64,000 bases of DNA from Spirochaetia bacterium (lineage in GTDB: Bacteria; Spirochaetota; Spirochaetia; SZUA-6; Bin103), in assembly GCA_965208575.1 (NCBI GenBank), contig CBDBOV010000003.1:320001-384000 (forward strand). Reading direction: 5' to 3'. A program made the translations under genes and the position numbers. Shown piece after piece: positions 62,392 to 64,000 of this stretch (position 1 is the first letter of the stretch; every line of letters starts with the position of its first letter). The notes below the pieces were generated by a model that worked only from the letters and a program-made list of their open reading frames with translations, was not told the origin of the DNA and searched no databases.

Positions 62392-64000
62392 CCTGACCTT
62401 CCTACTTATCCCGTTGATTTGACCGCGGGATTCTCTGGTTCATCCAGATAAGTTGTTACCATGAAACAAGATAGGTTCACGGAAGTGGACTCTCCTCTTG
62501 AGAGGATCAGTGTATACACTGAATATATCGAGCGCCGTGCCGGACAGCTTCCTCAATACTACTCGAAGTATCCCCTCTTCGATCCTTCCGACCCACTCAT
62601 GCCGGTTCTCCTTGACTGTCTCCGTACTAAGTGTATACACTGATTGCAGTGGCCACCCTCCAGAAAAAGGTCTCCCGCGGGCACACCTACTGGCAGATCG
62701 TCGAGTCCAGACGCGTCAACGGCAAACCACGTCCCATCGTCCTCGAACATCTCGGCAGCGCAGAGAAGTTGCTCCAGCGCCTCCGTGAGGCTCCCACCCG
62801 ACCGGCAAAGGCGAAGGTCATTCAGTTCGGTGCGTTGGCCGCGCTCTGGCAGATCGCCCAAGAGTTGGATGTGGTGGGCCTTATCGATACCCAGGTCCCC
62901 AAGCGAGACCAAGGACTGTCCTGCGGACAGTATCTGCTGGTGGCGGCGCTGAACCGTTGTGTGGCCGCCTCCAGCAAGGCTTCTCTGTACCAGTGGTATC
63001 GACGCACGGTGTTGAATCGGCTGCTCCCCGCTGCACAGCGCTCGCTCGCCAGTCAGCGATTCTGGGATCACATGAACATGCTCGACAGCGCTGCCATCGG
63101 CGCGATTGAGCAACAACTGGCGCAGCGGGTGATCGACCACTACCGGATCGATCTGCGACCGCTCATCTTCGATGCGACCAACTTCGATACGTTCATCGAC
63201 AGTCGCACCGTCAGTGCACTGGCACAACGTGGCCACGCGAAAAGCAAACGCGCCGATCTGCGGATCCTGGGCTTGGCACTCCTGGTAAGCTGCGACTACC
63301 ACATTCCGCTGCTCTCACACCCGTATCCGGGAAATCAGAATGACGCCGCGATGTTCTCGAGCTTGATCGAGACGCTGATCAGCCGCTGCAAGCAGTTGGC
63401 CCAGGACTGCGAAGATGTCACGCTGGTGTTCGATGGCGGCAACACCTCGAGAGCGAATATCGAGGCGCTGCAAGCCGGCCCATACCATTTCGTCACCTCC
63501 TTGACCGTGACTCAGCACGAGGATCTGCTGGCGGTTCCCGCCGGCAGGTTTCACTCCTTCACTGACCCACGGCTGGCCGGGGTGACCGCTTACCGCAGCG
63601 ACAAGGTGATCTGGGGTGAGCGCCGCACCGTGGTGGTCACCAACAGTCGCCGGTTGCTGGACGGGCAGCTGGCTGGGATCAACCACGCGTTGCGCAAGAA
63701 GCGCGCTGCGTTGCGCGCCTTGCGCAGCAAGCTGGCGCGCAGCCAGCTACCGGGAGCAAAGGGCAAAGGCTACAGCAGAGCATCCTTGCAGAAGCATTTC
63801 GACACGATCACCTCGGGTCAGTACGTAAAGCAGATTCTCAAGGTTCAGATCAGCGAATCCGACGGCGTGCTCAGTTTTCGATTTCGCACCGATTGGGCAG
63901 CGTACCAGCGCTTGCAACGCCGGCGCTTGGGCAAACGCATCCTGTGCACCGACAACGAGTCGTGGAGCGACCAGGAGATCATCTTGGCCAGCCGCGCTCA
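62392..64000 (+). mobile_element. Second IS1634-family element (runs off window)
   Basis: Starts CCTGACC after CTAG; 257-bp non-coding left end, then transposase. Confidence 0.88.
62649..64000 (+). CDS. IS1634-family transposase (partial)
   Basis: GTG start, MATLQKKVSRGHTYWQIVESRRVNGKPRP; FDATNFDTFID, RGHAKSKRADL, LVFDGGN. Confidence 0.9.
   Translation, partial: MATLQKKVSRGHTYWQIVESRRVNGKPRPIVLEHLGSAEKLLQRLREAPTRPAKAKVIQFGALAALWQIAQELDVVGLIDTQVPKRDQGLSCGQYLLVAALNRCVAASSKASLYQWYRRTVLNRLLPAAQRSLASQRFWDHMNMLDSAAIGAIEQQLAQRVIDHYRIDLRPLIFDATNFDTFIDSRTVSALAQRGHAKSKRADLRILGLALLVSCDYHIPLLSHPYPGNQNDAAMFSSLIETLISRCKQLAQDCEDVTLVFDGGNTSRANIEALQAGPYHFVTSLTVTQHEDLLAVPAGRFHSFTDPRLAGVTAYRSDKVIWGERRTVVVTNSRRLLDGQLAGINHALRKKRAALRALRSKLARSQLPGAKGKGYSRASLQKHFDTITSGQYVKQILKVQISESDGVLSFRFRTDWAAYQRLQRRRLGKRILCTDNESWSDQEIILASRA

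Noticed and set aside
62461-62643. Small ORF MKQDRFTEVDSPLER.. shared with 52035-52223
   Set aside because: Shared only because the DNA is duplicated; no RBS or recognisable motif

Overview
A GC-rich bacterial chromosomal segment. The 'AFAGGE' type solute-binding-protein leader, three PhyH dioxygenases, FN3/Calx-beta surface proteins and a GPP34 protein suggest a host-associated spirochaete such as a sponge symbiont; this is inference only. Housekeeping genes include mraY, pcm, a purF-like gene, nudC, tpx, leuA, trxB, sod, dus, lipA, ctaA/ctaB, cdd and an iscA-like gene. Transporters include a peptide-type SBP, an Fe3+ SBP, a potABCD-like ABC system, two MFS proteins and a K+ channel. Accessory features: (i) a 1015-aa HNH nuclease with 13 x 72-bp coding repeats and a ~600-bp non-coding leader, set between two broken genes; (ii) a RelE-like/UvrD/TPR giant helicase split by an IS1634 with a CTTAG target duplication; (iii) a second IS1634 with a long palindrome-bearing left end, plus a 210-bp CTAG-flanked MITE made from that end; (iv) tandem FN3 lipoproteins with a divergent third domain; (v) a DUF350 envelope cluster; (vi) a classical Leu attenuator upstream of leuA; (vii) recurrent duplications of gene ends and several deletion or frameshift pseudogenes. 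I saw no rRNA, tRNA, CRISPR array or reverse transcriptase. Family names come from motif recognition, not database searches.
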